DNA of 64,000 nucleotides from an uncultured Verrucomicrobiae bacterium (GCA_963726745.1 CAVSDR010000003.1:224001-288000); one strand, 5' to 3'. Counted from the stretch's first letter, positions 1-10,941 are shown. Translations and numbers: made by a program. The notes: generated from the letters alone by a model not told the origin.

Positions 1-2
1 CG

Positions 3-299
3 TGGGACCCGACGCTGGCCGAAAAGCTCCTGCGCGGCGTCTTCCTCGATGGCCAGCGGGCCAAGCTCGAGCGGGTGATGTCGATCAATCCCGTGCAGGT
101 GCGCGTGATCCTGCGCCAGGGAATTAACCGGCAAATTCGCCGGATGTTTTACGAGGTCGGCTATGAGGTGAAACGTCTCGTGCGCACGCGCATCGGCACT
201 CTCCGGCTGGGCGATCTCCCGCGCGCGCACTGGCGGCCGCTGACCAAGAGCGAGCTCACCGCGCTCACGCCCAAGCCAGCCGGCGCCGGGAAAAAGTAG
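3..299 (+). CDS. rRNA pseudouridine synthase (RsuA/RluB family), 5'-truncated by window edge
   Basis: Frame open from position 3; C-terminal 'LRQGINRQIRRM...VKRLVRTRIG.L.LGDLP...WRPLT' typical of RsuA/RluB/RluE/RluF. Confidence 0.85.
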   Translation, partial: WDPTLAEKLLRGVFLDGQRAKLERVMSINPVQVRVILRQGINRQIRRMFYEVGYEVKRLVRTRIGTLRLGDLPRAHWRPLTKSELTALTPKPAGAGKK

Positions 300-305
300 C
301 GCGCA

Positions 306-2849
306 CTATTCCGCTTCCTCGCGCAGGATTTGCAACGGCGGTGTGCTTCCAATCCCGCGACTGGTCAGGAGACCCAGCGCCACGGTCAAGGTCGTGACTG
401 CGATCGCCGCGACGCCCACGGGAACGAACGCGACGCTGTATTCCAGCTCAAAGACAAACCGCGCCAGGGCCCAGCTCGAGAGCAGGGCGAGCACGATCCC
501 GGTGCCGCTCGCGAGCAGGCCAAGGAGAAGATATTCCGCGCACAGAATTTTCCAGATCGTCGCGCGGGTTGCGCCAAGCGTGCGCAGGAGGACGCTCTCC
601 TTCAGCCGTTGGTAGCGCCCGCTCCAGATAGTGCTCGCGAGGACCACGACGCCGGCGCCCACGGTAAACAGCGACATCACCCGGATGACCAGCGCGACCT
701 TGGAAAGGATCGAGTCGACCGTCTGGATGACCGCGGTCAGGTCGAGCGCGGAAACGTTGCTGAACTGCGCCACGACCGCGCTCTGGAGGCGCGCGGAAGC
801 AGCTGCATCCGGCACACGGCTGACGATCACGTTGAACGTCGGCGCGGCTTCAAGCACGCCTGCGGGGAAGACGACGAAGAAGTTCGTTTGGAAGCGTTTC
901 CAATCGATCTCGCGCAGGCTGGCGATGCGCGTGCGGATCGGGATGCCCTGCACATCGAAGACCAATTCGTCGCCTATGCCCGCGCGGAAGTCTTTTGCGA
1001 TCTCGCGGTCGAGCGAGATCGGGACGATGTCGCCCGGTTGGTAGTTCTCGACGCGCCCGATCCAGCTCCCAGCGACGACTTTCTCGGTCTCGGCTAATTC
1101 CGCGCGATAGGTCGAGCGATACTCGCGCTGCAGTTCCCACTCGGGAATCTTGCGCTCGGGATCGGCCAGGATCTCGCTGACTGCGCGGCCTTTAATCTCA
1201 GTGAGCCGCATGGTCACGATCGCGGCTTCCTCGATGACCGGGAAACCGGAGGAGCGCACGAGCTCCGCCACGGCCGCAGTTTGATCCGGCTGGATGTCGA
1301 AGAGGAAAATATTCGGCTGGTTCTGCGCATCGAGCGCGCGGAACTGCGAGAGCAGCACCCCGCGCGTGAGGTAAAGATTGAGCAGCAGAAAAGTGCCGAG
1401 GCCTAACGAGACTGTGAGCAGAAGGGTGCGATTGTTCGGCCGGTAGAGATTGGCCAGTCCCTGACGCGCGGCGAAGCTCCAGCGTTGCGGAAAAAATCTC
1501 CGCACCAGCCACATGAGCAGCCGCGCCATTCCAGCGAAGATCGCGATCGCCAGCCCGAGCGCGCCGGCAAAGATCACGCCGGCGAGCCAGCGATCGGATT
1601 GCGCTATGGCAAAGGCGATCACGCTGCCGGCGATGAGCAGGTAAACCAGCGCCACCGCCCAATCGACGGGACGCTTCCGCGTTTCCTCCGTCGCGCCCGC
1701 GCGCAAGATGAGCAATGGCGAAAGCCGGCGAAAACGCAGCAGCGCCGGGAGCGCAAAGAGAATGCAGATGGCAAAGCCAAGCAGCATCCCGCGCAGCACC
1801 GGCCCCCACGCGAGCGTGCTCTCGATCGGGAACGGCAGAAAGCTTTGCAGGATGGCCGGGAAGACGCGCTGGAGCGCAACGCCCAGGACCGCGCCCGCGG
1901 TCGCGCCAAACAATCCCATGGCCGCGGCTTGCAGGAGATAAATCACCACCGTCCCCCGGCCGGACGCGCCGAGACAGCGAAGGATTGCGCCGGTCTGGTG
2001 CTTCTGCTGGAGGTGCGCCTGGATCGCGCTGGCCACGCCAACCGCTCCCAGCAAGAGCGCGATGAAGCCGACGAGATTGAGGAAGCGGTAGAGATTTGCC
2101 AGCGCTTTCCCGAGATCTTTTTTGCGCTTCTCGACCGTGTCGTATTCCAGGCCGAAACGTTTCAGCTCCGGCTCCAGTGTGGCGATGCGCGCCGCCACGT
2201 CGGTGCCGCGCGGGAACTGCACATAATTCCGGTAGTGCACCACGCTTCCGGGCTTCACCAGATTAGTCTCCGCGAGATGCTGCAACGGGAGGTAAACCCG
2301 CGGCGCGAAGGAGCCGGCCGCGGAGGCTTCGCCCGGCATTTTCTTGAGCGCGCCAGCGACGGTGAATTCGGCGTCGCCGATCCTGATTTTGTCGCCTGTT
2401 TTCGCGCCGAACTGGAGCAGGAGACTTTCTTCGACGACCGCGCCGCGGGTTTCACGGTAGGTTTGGGCCGCATCCGCAGGGACGGTTTCCATTTTGCCAT
2501 AGAAGGGAAAATCCCCGCCAAGCGCGCGCAGGGTCACCAGCCGCGTGCCGCCGGTCGCGGGAAAAACGGCCATCGTGCGAAAGCGCGCCTCACGCGCCTG
2601 CGCCGGGCCTAACGAGCGGAGAAATTGTTCTTCCTCCGCGGTGAAAACGCGCGCGCTTTCCACGATCAAATCCGCGCCGATGAGGGTGCGCGCCTGGTCG
2701 TCGATCGCGCGCCCGAGGCTTTGCCGGAAGGAGCCGATGCCGACGAGCGCGGCGATGCCGAGCGTAATCGAGATCGAAAAAACCAGCAGCCGCCGCCGGC
2801 TCGAGCGGCTGTCCCGCCAGGCCATTTTCCCGAGAAACGACCAGTGCAT
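306..2849 (-). CDS. ABC transporter permease, FtsX/MacB-like (YbbP type)
   Basis: 847 aa with two MacB/FtsX halves ('AWRDSR..RRR', 'ILRCLGAS', 'LLRTLGAT'); ybbA-ybbP-tesA-like context. Confidence 0.9.
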   Translation of the reverse strand: MHWSFLGKMAWRDSRSSRRRLLVFSISITLGIAALVGIGSFRQSLGRAIDDQARTLIGADLIVESARVFTAEEEQFLRSLGPAQAREARFRTMAVFPATGGTRLVTLRALGGDFPFYGKMETVPADAAQTYRETRGAVVEESLLLQFGAKTGDKIRIGDAEFTVAGALKKMPGEASAAGSFAPRVYLPLQHLAETNLVKPGSVVHYRNYVQFPRGTDVAARIATLEPELKRFGLEYDTVEKRKKDLGKALANLYRFLNLVGFIALLLGAVGVASAIQAHLQQKHQTGAILRCLGASGRGTVVIYLLQAAAMGLFGATAGAVLGVALQRVFPAILQSFLPFPIESTLAWGPVLRGMLLGFAICILFALPALLRFRRLSPLLILRAGATEETRKRPVDWAVALVYLLIAGSVIAFAIAQSDRWLAGVIFAGALGLAIAIFAGMARLLMWLVRRFFPQRWSFAARQGLANLYRPNNRTLLLTVSLGLGTFLLLNLYLTRGVLLSQFRALDAQNQPNIFLFDIQPDQTAAVAELVRSSGFPVIEEAAIVTMRLTEIKGRAVSEILADPERKIPEWELQREYRSTYRAELAETEKVVAGSWIGRVENYQPGDIVPISLDREIAKDFRAGIGDELVFDVQGIPIRTRIASLREIDWKRFQTNFFVVFPAGVLEAAPTFNVIVSRVPDAAASARLQSAVVAQFSNVSALDLTAVIQTVDSILSKVALVIRVMSLFTVGAGVVVLASTIWSGRYQRLKESVLLRTLGATRATIWKILCAEYLLLGLLASGTGIVLALLSSWALARFVFELEYSVAFVPVGVAAIAVTTLTVALGLLTSRGIGSTPPLQILREEAE

Positions 2850-3522
2850 CAGACGGCCTCGCCGTTGCGCAGGCGGATGGTGCGCTCGGTGAGTTTGGCC
2901 ACTTCCGGGTCGTGGGTCACGAGGACGAGCGCGGTCCCAGCGTCGCGGTTGAGCTCGAACATGATCTCGATGATCCCACGGCTGGTTTCGGCATCGAGAT
3001 TGCCGGTCGGTTCATCGGCGAAAAGAATCTTTGGGCGATTGATGAACGCCCGCGCCAGGGCCACGCGCTGCTGTTCGCCTCCGGAAAGCTGGGCCGGGAA
3101 GTGATCCACCCGTGCGCCCAGCCCCACCCGGCCTAACAAGTCCTGGGCGAGCGCGCGCGCGCGCTGCGGTCGCCCCGCAGCTCCAGCGGCACGGTCACAT
3201 TTTCCAGCGCGGTGAGCGTGGGGATGAGCTGGAAGTTTTGGAAAACGAAACCGACATGCTGGTTGCGCACGCGGGCGCGCGCGTCCTCGTCCAGTTCGCC
3301 TAACGACTCGCCGTGGAGCCGGATGGAACCCGAGCTCGGGCGGTCAAGCCCGGCGCAGAGACCGAGAAGCGTGCTCTTGCCGCTGCCGGACGGGCCGAGG
3401 ATCGAGCAGGTCGAGCCCTGCGGGAGGCTGAAGGAAATTTCCTTGAGCACGGTGAGCGCGCCCGCGCCGGTTTGGTAGGTCTTGCGCAGGCGCTGGGCTT
3501 CGAGAATCGGGTGGGCGGTCAT
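2849..3522 (-). CDS. ABC transporter ATP-binding protein (YbbA/LolD type), split by a frameshift near 3150-3165
   Basis: Walker A GPSGSGKS in ORF 3133..3522; LSGGEQQR, DEPTGNLD and H-loop in ORF 2849..3139; break falls in a (CG)n run. Confidence 0.88.
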
Positions 3523-3571
3523 TGACGGTGCGGACGGGTGCGATTTGCTTACGCGAATCTATTCGCTGCGC

Positions 3572-4207
3572 ATGGGAAAATTGTTGCTCCGCATTTCCGG
3601 CTACCTCTTTACGCTCGCGCTCTGCGCCGGGCCGCTGGAGGCGCGCGTGGCCAGGAGCGTGGTCTTTTTAGGCGACAGTTTGAGCGCCGGGTTCGGGGTC
3701 AAGCCAACGGAAGCTTTCCCGGCATTAATCGAGGAAAAAATCCGCAGCGCCGGCCTGCCTTACGAAGTGGAAAACGCCGGCTTAAGCGGCGACACCAGCG
3801 CCGGCGGCCTCCGCCGAATCGATTGGCTGCTGCAGCGCCCGATCGATGTTCTGGTGATTGAGCTGGGCGGAAACGACGGCTTGCGCGGCCTGCCGGTGGC
3901 CGCGCTCAAGACCAACTTGCAGGCAATCATCGACAAGGCGCGCGCGAAAAATCCCCAGGTGAAAATCGTCCTCGCCGGGATGCAAATTCCGCCAAACCTC
4001 GGGCCGGACTACGCGCGCACTTTCCAAGCGACCTACCGCGAGGTCGCCGAGAAAAATAACGCCACGCTGATCCCCTTTCTGCTCGAAGGTGTGGGCGGCA
4101 TCCGCGAGCTCAACCAGCCGGACATGATCCACCCGACCGCGAAGGGCCACGCGCTCGTGGCCGAGGTCGTCTGGCGGGTGCTCGAGCCGGTGCTGCGCGC
4201 GGACTAA
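3572..4207 (+). CDS. tesA: Arylesterase/acyl-CoA thioesterase I (GDSL/SGNH, TesA-like)
   Basis: GDSLSAG, SGDTSAGG, ELGGND and DMIHP motifs; signal peptide; divergent from ybbA-like gene. Confidence 0.88.
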   Translation: MGKLLLRISGYLFTLALCAGPLEARVARSVVFLGDSLSAGFGVKPTEAFPALIEEKIRSAGLPYEVENAGLSGDTSAGGLRRIDWLLQRPIDVLVIELGGNDGLRGLPVAALKTNLQAIIDKARAKNPQVKIVLAGMQIPPNLGPDYARTFQATYREVAEKNNATLIPFLLEGVGGIRELNQPDMIHPTAKGHALVAEVVWRVLEPVLRAD

Positions 4208-4210
4208 CGA

Positions 4211-5020
4211 ATGAAGCTTCAAGATTGCACTGCGCTGATCACCGGCGCCTCCTCCGGGATCGGGCGCGAGTGCGCCCGGCAGCTGGCCGACCGTGCGCGC
4301 GTGCTTGTGCTGGTCGCGCGCCGGGGCGATCGCCTGGAGGAACTGGCGCAGGAACTCAGTGCCCGTCGTCCGGCGCTGGCAATTCACCTGCAGGTCGCCG
4401 ATTTGACCAAGCCGGACGCGGTCGCGGAACTCTGTCACTCGTTAGACCAATCCGGAATCGCGATCGATCTGCTGGTTAATAACGCCGGCGTGGGTGACCA
4501 GGGGAACGTCGCCGGCATCGAGGAAGCGAGATTAGCCGACATCATCCGCCTGAACGTCCTCGCCCTGACCGCGCTCACGCGGCGCTTGCTGCCAGGGATG
4601 CTCGCGCGGCGCCGCGGCGGGATCTTGAACGTGAGTTCGAGCGCCTCTTTCATGCCGATTCCCGGGATGGGGATTTACTCCGCGAGCAAGGCTTACGTGA
4701 CCAGTTTCTCCGAGGCGCTGCGCGCGGAAGTGCGCGGGCAAGGCGTGAGCGTGAGCGCGCTCTGCCCCGGGCCGGTGCACACGGAATTCAGCGAGGTGGC
4801 GCATCGGCCGGGGGAAAGCGGGAAGCTCGGGCCAGACTTCGCCTACGTCTCGGTCGAGGAGGTGGCGCGGGCGGGCCTGCGCGGGATCGAGCACAACCGC
4901 GCGCTGGTCGTCCCCGGGATGGCGATGAAACTGGCGATGCTGCTGGTGCGCCTGACGCCAATGCCGTTGATGCGGCTGGCGTTTTCCCTTTCCCCGGCCA
5001 GCGAAAAAATAGCCGACGAG
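4211..5020 (+). CDS. Classical short-chain dehydrogenase/reductase (N-terminal part of the 599-aa ORF 4211..6010)
   Basis: TGASSGIG, NNAG, catalytic S and YSASK, CPGPVHT. Confidence 0.88.
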
Positions 5021-6010
5021 ATGCAGGAAAATTTCTTCCAGACCGAGCTCGATCAGCCACACCCGGAGCGGACGCGCGCAATCTTACAGGCGCATCCGCA
5101 GGTGCGGGAACTGATCGGCCGGAATCCATGGACCGCGGTGATCATGCTCGCGGTGCTCTCGGCGCAGACCGCGCTGGCTTACTCGTTAGGCAAACTCGGC
5201 GGCGGCTATTGGTGGCTCAGCCTGCTGGTCGCGCTCGGCTTCGGCGCGTTCATGAATCACTGCATGTATGTGATCATCCACGACGCCACGCATAATCTGA
5301 TCCTGAAGCGCAAGACGGCGAACAAGTGGATCGCCGTCCTGGCCGATTTGCCGAATCTCGTGCCCGGCGCGATTGGCTTCGGCGTTTACCATCTGCAACA
5401 TCACGCGCACCAGGGCGACTACGATTACGACGCGGACATCGCCAGCCGCTGGGAGGCGCGCCTGATCGGCGACAAGTGGTATCGCAAGGCGCTTTGGCTG
5501 CTCTTCTTTCCCTTCTTCCAGCTGACCCGGCCGCCGCGCTTGAAAGCGATCACGATGTGGAGCCGATGGAGCTTCGTGAATCTAGCCAGCGCGATCACCT
5601 ACGACGCGTTGATCGTTTATTTTTGCGGCTGGGCCGGCTTGCTCTATCTGGTCTTCTCGTTCGCATTTTCCATCGGCCTGCACCCGGTGGGCGCGCGCTG
5701 GATCCAGGAGCATTACACCTACGACGCCGACCAGGAGACGGCGAGCTACTACGGCCCGATCAATTTCCTCGCGCTCAACGTCGGCTACCACAACGAGCAC
5801 CACGACTTCCCCTCGATCGCTTGGAATCGCCTCCCGCGGCTGCGCGCGCTGGCGCCGGAATTTTACGACACTTTGCGTTACCACACTTCGTGGACGCGGC
5901 TGCTGATCGAGTTCATTTTCGATCCGCGCTACACGCTCTTCTCGCGAGTGGAACGGATCGAAGCAGGCAAAGTGGCGCACGACCGCGCGCGGCGCGAAGC
6001 GGTCGCCTAA
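5021..6010 (+). CDS. Membrane fatty-acid desaturase resembling sphingolipid delta-4 desaturase/C4-hydroxylase (DES1/DEGS type); in frame with the upstream SDR
   Basis: N-terminal 'F..TELDQPH..R...IL..HP.V..L' like the DEGS1 N-terminus; His boxes HDATH, HLQHH, HNEHHDFP; 'ETASYYGPIN...NVGYH'. Confidence 0.85.
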   Translation: MQENFFQTELDQPHPERTRAILQAHPQVRELIGRNPWTAVIMLAVLSAQTALAYSLGKLGGGYWWLSLLVALGFGAFMNHCMYVIIHDATHNLILKRKTANKWIAVLADLPNLVPGAIGFGVYHLQHHAHQGDYDYDADIASRWEARLIGDKWYRKALWLLFFPFFQLTRPPRLKAITMWSRWSFVNLASAITYDALIVYFCGWAGLLYLVFSFAFSIGLHPVGARWIQEHYTYDADQETASYYGPINFLALNVGYHNEHHDFPSIAWNRLPRLRALAPEFYDTLRYHTSWTRLLIEFIFDPRYTLFSRVERIEAGKVAHDRARREAVA

Positions 6011-6032
6011 AGCGAATCGCGTCGGCTGGGCG

Positions 6033-6611
6033 CTAGACCGCCGCGCGACGACGAGCCACGCCCCAGATCAAGCCGAGACCGCCCATGGCGAGTAACGCCA
6101 GCGACCCCGGCTCCGGCACCGAGGTACCATTAAGCGACACGCGGTTGCCGTTGTCGTCGACCAAGAAAGTGGTGAAGGTGCCGCTGGCTGGCGGGGGCTG
6201 CGCGAAGCTGCTGTCGGTCGTAAGCGAGCCAGCGGTGACGACGACGGTATCGCCCGACGTGACGCCGGGTCGGTTCCCGTAGAAGTAGAGATCATTCGCG
6301 GTAAGCGCGCCGCCCACGAAGCCGGAATTGGCGACCGTCAGGGTCGTGGCGGGACCACCGTTCACCGAGAAGGTGATCGTGCCGGAAACGGCCGGATAGC
6401 TGTTCCCGAAAATGTTGCCCACGTTCGCGAAAACCGGGAGGGGCGCGAGCGGCGTAGTCGCGGTAACCGTGTAGGTGACGGCCTGCGCCAGCGTAAAGGT
6501 AAACGGCGAGCCGTTGCCGCCGGTGATCGTGAGGTTAGCCTGACCGTGGGCCGAGCCCACGAGAAACGCGGAGACGGCTAGGAGACAGAGGAAAGGGCGG
6601 AGGAAAGTCAT
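6033..6611 (-). CDS. PEP-CTERM sorted surface protein
   Basis: Signal peptide, Thr/Gly-rich body, C-terminal VPEPGS + TM helix + RRR; start at ATG 6611 inferred. Confidence 0.88.
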   Translation of the reverse strand: MTFLRPFLCLLAVSAFLVGSAHGQANLTITGGNGSPFTFTLAQAVTYTVTATTPLAPLPVFANVGNIFGNSYPAVSGTITFSVNGGPATTLTVANSGFVGGALTANDLYFYGNRPGVTSGDTVVVTAGSLTTDSSFAQPPPASGTFTTFLVDDNGNRVSLNGTSVPEPGSLALLAMGGLGLIWGVARRRAAV

Positions 6612-6668
6612 CAGTTCAGTCGGTTGAGTGGTCGTGGTGTCCCGGAAAGGGTCTGCACGGTAAACGGA

Positions 6669-6684
6669 AGCGGTAATCATGCCA
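6669..6684 (-). promoter_or_regulatory. Candidate sigma-54 (-24/-12) promoter for the PEP-CTERM gene
   Basis: Minus strand TGGCATGATTACCGCT: GG-N10-GC spacing, ~60 nt upstream of start. Confidence 0.4.
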
Positions 6685-6765
6685 CCGGAAACGGCGGAAA
6701 AAAACGGAGGGACACGCGGTCGCATCCCTCCGTTGAGTTTCGCGAAATCCGGAACGTCTACGCGC

Positions 6766-7371
6766 TCAATACTTCACCGAACAGCCGTATGGCTTGGTGT
6801 TGGGATTGGAGACTGGCTTACCGGCGAGCGACTCTTCCAGGGCGACCTTCACGTAATTGGTCGCGCCGTCGATATCGGCCGGATTAGCGCTCGGTTTGCT
6901 GTCGATCGCGCCCTCGTAGATCACTTTGCCCTCGGGATTGATGATGAACATGTGCGGCGTGTTCTTGGCGCCGTAGACCTGGCCGGTCTTGCCGTCCGGA
7001 TCGAGCAGGATGCTGGTGTTTTTCATCTTCCACTCTTCCTTTTGCTTGGCCGCCTGCTCGGGCGTGAGGTGGCCTTGCTTCCCGGGCGCGGAGGAATCGA
7101 CCGAATACCAGACGACGTTTTTGCCGGCAAATTGATCCTGCAATTTCTGCATGTTGCCGCTGCCGTAATGCTTCTTCACAAACGGGCACTCGGGGTTGAA
7201 CCATTCGAGCACGACGTATTTGCCCTTGCTCTCGGCTAACGAGTGCTGCTTCCCGGTGCTGTCGGCTAACGAGAAGTCGGGCGCGGCGCTGCCCACCTTG
7301 GGCGACTCGGCCGCGATCATGCTGCCGGCGGTGAGGCTCGCGAGGAGCGTGAGGAGGATTTTGTTCTTCAT
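6766..7371 (-). CDS. Exported thioredoxin-fold redoxin (AhpC/TSA-like)
   Basis: Signal peptide; 'APDFSL', 'WFNPECPFV', C-terminal 'YGCSVKY'. Confidence 0.88.
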   Translation of the reverse strand: MKNKILLTLLASLTAGSMIAAESPKVGSAAPDFSLADSTGKQHSLAESKGKYVVLEWFNPECPFVKKHYGSGNMQKLQDQFAGKNVVWYSVDSSAPGKQGHLTPEQAAKQKEEWKMKNTSILLDPDGKTGQVYGAKNTPHMFIINPEGKVIYEGAIDSKPSANPADIDGATNYVKVALEESLAGKPVSNPNTKPYGCSVKY

Positions 7372-7377
7372 AACGAT

Positions 7378-9493
7378 TTATTCTACGGCCACCTGCGGGG
7401 CCACGGTTTCAAGTTTCTCGAGCACGAGGCTCTGGGTGAGCAATTCCGGGAAGACGATCGGCGCGGCCGCGTTCCCCGCCGGATAGAGCACATAGAGTGG
7501 GACACCGGGCCGGCCGAAGTGTTGCAACATTTTCGTGATCGCGGGATCGGCGTTGGTCCAATCGGCCTTGAATTTCACGATTCCGCGGCGGGCAAACGCT
7601 TCCCGCACCGCGCTCGCTTCCAGGACGGTGCGCTCGTTGAATTTGCAGGTAATGCACCAGGCGGCGGTGAAATCGACGAAGACTGGGCCGCCCTTCGCCA
7701 GCTCGGTCTCGAGCGCCGCTGGGGTGAAGTTGCGCCAGCCGTCGACCGCCGGCGCGGTTGCCGCGAGTGTGGTGCTGGCAAACTTCTCGCGGATGAAATA
7801 AGCGCCGCCGCCGAGCAGGAGCGCGAGCAGGAGCACGAGGACGAGGACACGCTGGCGGCCGGAGGCGAGCGGCGTGGCAAACGCGCCCCACATCCAGCAG
7901 GCGATGCTGACCACCGTAAGAAAAGCAGCCGCCCAGATGATCGCATCGACCCCGCGTTGCGCCCCGAGCACCGAGAGCAGAAAGAGCAACGTGGCGATGA
8001 GGAGGAAGCCCATGAATTGCTTCACCCGCTCCATCCACGCCCCGGGCTTCGGAATGAAGCGCATCCAAGCCGGCTGCGCCGAAAGCAAAATATACGGCGC
8101 GCTCATCCCCGCGGCGATGCTCAGGAACATGAGCAGGATGACCCACGACGGCTGAGTAAACGCAAACCCCAGGGCCGTCCCAAGAAACGGCGCGGTGCAA
8201 GGCGTTGCCAAAACCGTCGCGAAAATTCCCTGGAAAAACGAGCCCGCATCCCCTTCCCGCGAGGTCCAGCCAAGCAGGCCGCGGCTGGCGCTTTGCGGCA
8301 GCGTAATCTCGAAAACGCCGAAGAGATTGAGCGCGAAGACAAGCACGAAGACGCTCATCCCAAGGACGAAATAAGGGTTGGTAAACTGGAGCGCCCAGGT
8401 GATTTCGCGGCCGGCACTTTTCAGCGCGATCAAGACCGCCGCCAGCCCGATGAACCAGACGAAAATGCCAGCGACGAACGAGAGCCCACTGCGCAGGATG
8501 CGGCGGCGGTCGGCGCCAGCGTGCTGGATAAATCCGAAGATCTTGAGCGAGATCACCGGGAGGACGCAGGGCATGAGATTGAGGATGAACCCGCCGATGA
8601 AGCCGAAGAGCAGAAAGGTGAGCAACCCGCGGGCGGGCCCGTCTGTCGCGCGCGCGGCTACGGGCGCAACCGCGGGCGACAAAGTGCCGGCTAAACTCCA
8701 GGCGGTGCGCCCGGCCCCCTCGCCGAAGACGACCAACCCCGGCAGCGCCTGCACGCTGGCATCCGCGCCCTCCAGCGGAATGCGCACGGTCATGCCACTC
8801 AGCGGTGCGCTCCGCGCTGACGTGGCCCACGACCACCTCCGCGCCCGGAAGCGGGAAAAAATCGACCACGGAAGCCTGCGCGAGCGCGGGATGCTGCACC
8901 TTGAGCGTGAGCCCGGTCGCATCGCGGCTCCAGGCGGTCTTGGTGTCGTTAGGCAGCGGCTGCGGCAATTGCCGCTCGAAGCGCTGGAAAAGTTCTTCGT
9001 TGGCCGGCGCGGCTTGCGGTGCGACCGGCAATTCCAGCGCGACCGACGCCCCGCCGGGGATGCAAATTTTCTCGCAAACGAGCCAGTTCGCCTCTGCGGT
9101 CAGCTTCACCATGTTGCTGTCTATTTTTGCCGGCGGGGTGATCTCCTGCAGTAGCAGGACCTCATCGTGATAACCGAAAATGCGGATGTCGCCCGGCTCC
9201 TCCAACCGCAGCGGCACCGGCCAGGAAAGATCGCCCGCCTTCCAATCCGGCGGCAGGCTCCACTTCAGCTCCGTAGGAATGCCGGCATCGCCCGGAAATT
9301 TCCAGTAGGTGTGCCAGCCGCGCTCCATGTGCAGCAGCAGGCCGACCTGAAACGGCTGGCCGGGGACGATCGCGGAAGTATTCGCAACCAGCTGCGCCTT
9401 GACCAACTCCCGGCCCTGGTAGGTCTGCGCCGGCACTTCGCCTAACGAGAGCAAGAGCGCGGCGGCGAGGAGGAGAAAGCGCAGTTTCATCAT
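7378..9493 (-). CDS. dsbD: Protein-disulfide reductase DsbD-like (N-terminal DsbD/DsbC domain, TM domain, thioredoxin domain), frameshift near 8790-8830
   Basis: 'GWHTYWKFPGDAGIP' and 'WLVCEKICIP' in one frame; 'LNLMPCVLPV', 'ATPCTAPF', 'DFTAAWCITCK' in another; ATGA overlap with upstream stop at 9490-9493. Confidence 0.85.
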
Positions 9494-10941
9494 GGGCTCA
9501 CGTCGTAGACCTCGACCAGGCCGATGCCGTTCATTCCCGTGGGGCTGCGCAGAATCGCGGTAAAATTTCCGGGCACGAGACGCTGGATAATCGCGGACTC
9601 CGCCGGGTCGCTCGGGGCGAGGCCGGCGTAGTCGGGCGAGCCGGCGCAACCCGGGCAGCCGCTCGCGGCAGTGAGCAGGTCGCCGTTGCCGTTGCGCAGT
9701 TCCAGCGCGGTATCGCCGAGCGCGGAGGGCAGCGCCGACCGGAGCGAAGGACCGAGCGCGCGCACGACCACGGTTTTCGATTGCGGGCCGACGATGATGA
9801 AGCCGGCAATCATGACGTTGTTGCCCGTGTCCACGTGGCCGCGGGTGGAGATGTTTGCCAGGCGACCGCTCCCCGGCGTGAGATCGTAGATCTCCACCAA
9901 GCCCAGGCCGGAGGTCTCGTGGTTGCCGGAGACGATCGCGGTGTAAGCGCCGGGTGCGAGCGTGACCACGAGCGCAGCTTCGGCGTCGTTCGATGGCGGG
10001 AGAGTGCTGTCGCGAATCTCCTGCGCCTGCGTTTCGCGCCAATCGTTATTCGCGGCCACGATCGCGCCACGATCATCGTGCAGTTCGATCACCGGATCGC
10101 GCAAGGTGTCGGCTAAAGGCAGCGACGGCCCGAGCGCGCGCAGGAGCAATTTCTTGGGCGCATCGCGAATGATGAAGCCGCCGATCATGACCCGCTCGGC
10201 CGTGCCTACGCGCACGCGCGTGGAGATGTTCGCGAGGCGGCCATTCCCGCTCGCGGGCGGCGGCGTGGCCGGCGCGCCGTAGAGCGAGCGGAGGCCATCG
10301 ATGTCGTCCTGTTGCAGTTCGAAAACGTCACTCACACGCGAGTTCATAATCGCGGAAAGGATCTGGCCATATTGGTCCGGATGATCGAGGCCGAGCGCGT
10401 GTCCGAGTTCATGCAAGGCCACGCGGTGCAGGTCCTCGGATTTCTGGCCATCAAGCGTGCCGACAAAGGAGTCCCATTTTCGCCGGCTGTTGAAAGCGAT
10501 GTCTGTTTCCTGCATTCGCGCGCCGGAATTGCGAATGAGCGTAATCGCGAGGGTGCTCGCACCCAGGTCCTGGCCGTAAATCGCGGTCTCGAAGGAAAGC
10601 GTGGTCACGCCATCGCGTTCCGGCGGGCCGGTGCGGGCGCTTTCCGTCCAGGTGAATTGCGCCGCGCCCATCTGTTGGTTCCAAAGCGCGAGCGCGCGCT
10701 CGACCGTGCGATCGTAGTTCGCGCTCCCATCCTGCAAAACGATCGGCGCCGCTCCCAGCTGCACGACCACCGGGATGGTCGGGCCCGGCCAGCGCGCAGC
10801 GTCGCGCGTGTCGTAGACAAACGCGGAGGCGAGCGGCGCGGCGAAACTGCAGAAGAGCGCGCAGAGCAGCGCGCCGCAGGCCTTACGGCTGCGCTTGGTC
10901 AGCCAGCTTGCCGCGGATGGCCGACTTGAAGGCATCGACAT
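9490..10941 (-). CDS. Secreted matrixin-like (M10) zinc metalloprotease with two C-terminal 'RLANISTR' repeat domains; start uncertain
   Basis: HELGHALGLDH and Met-turn 'SAIMNS'; two ~120-aa repeats 'RLANISTR...IGGFII...RALGPSL...GLVE(I/V)YD'. Confidence 0.85.
   Translation of the reverse strand: MSMPSSRPSAASWLTKRSRKACGALLCALFCSFAAPLASAFVYDTRDAARWPGPTIPVVVQLGAAPIVLQDGSANYDRTVERALALWNQQMGAAQFTWTESARTGPPERDGVTTLSFETAIYGQDLGASTLAITLIRNSGARMQETDIAFNSRRKWDSFVGTLDGQKSEDLHRVALHELGHALGLDHPDQYGQILSAIMNSRVSDVFELQQDDIDGLRSLYGAPATPPPASGNGRLANISTRVRVGTAERVMIGGFIIRDAPKKLLLRALGPSLPLADTLRDPVIELHDDRGAIVAANNDWRETQAQEIRDSTLPPSNDAEAALVVTLAPGAYTAIVSGNHETSGLGLVEIYDLTPGSGRLANISTRGHVDTGNNVMIAGFIIVGPQSKTVVVRALGPSLRSALPSALGDTALELRNGNGDLLTAASGCPGCAGSPDYAGLAPSDPAESAIIQRLVPGNFTAILRSPTGMNGIGLVEVYDVSP

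Noticed and set aside
7409..10042. 877-aa minus-strand ORF as a single protein
   Set aside because: Only its middle (9493 to ~8800) is the real DsbD N-terminus; the rest is out-of-frame overlap with the matrixin and DsbD C-terminal coding regions
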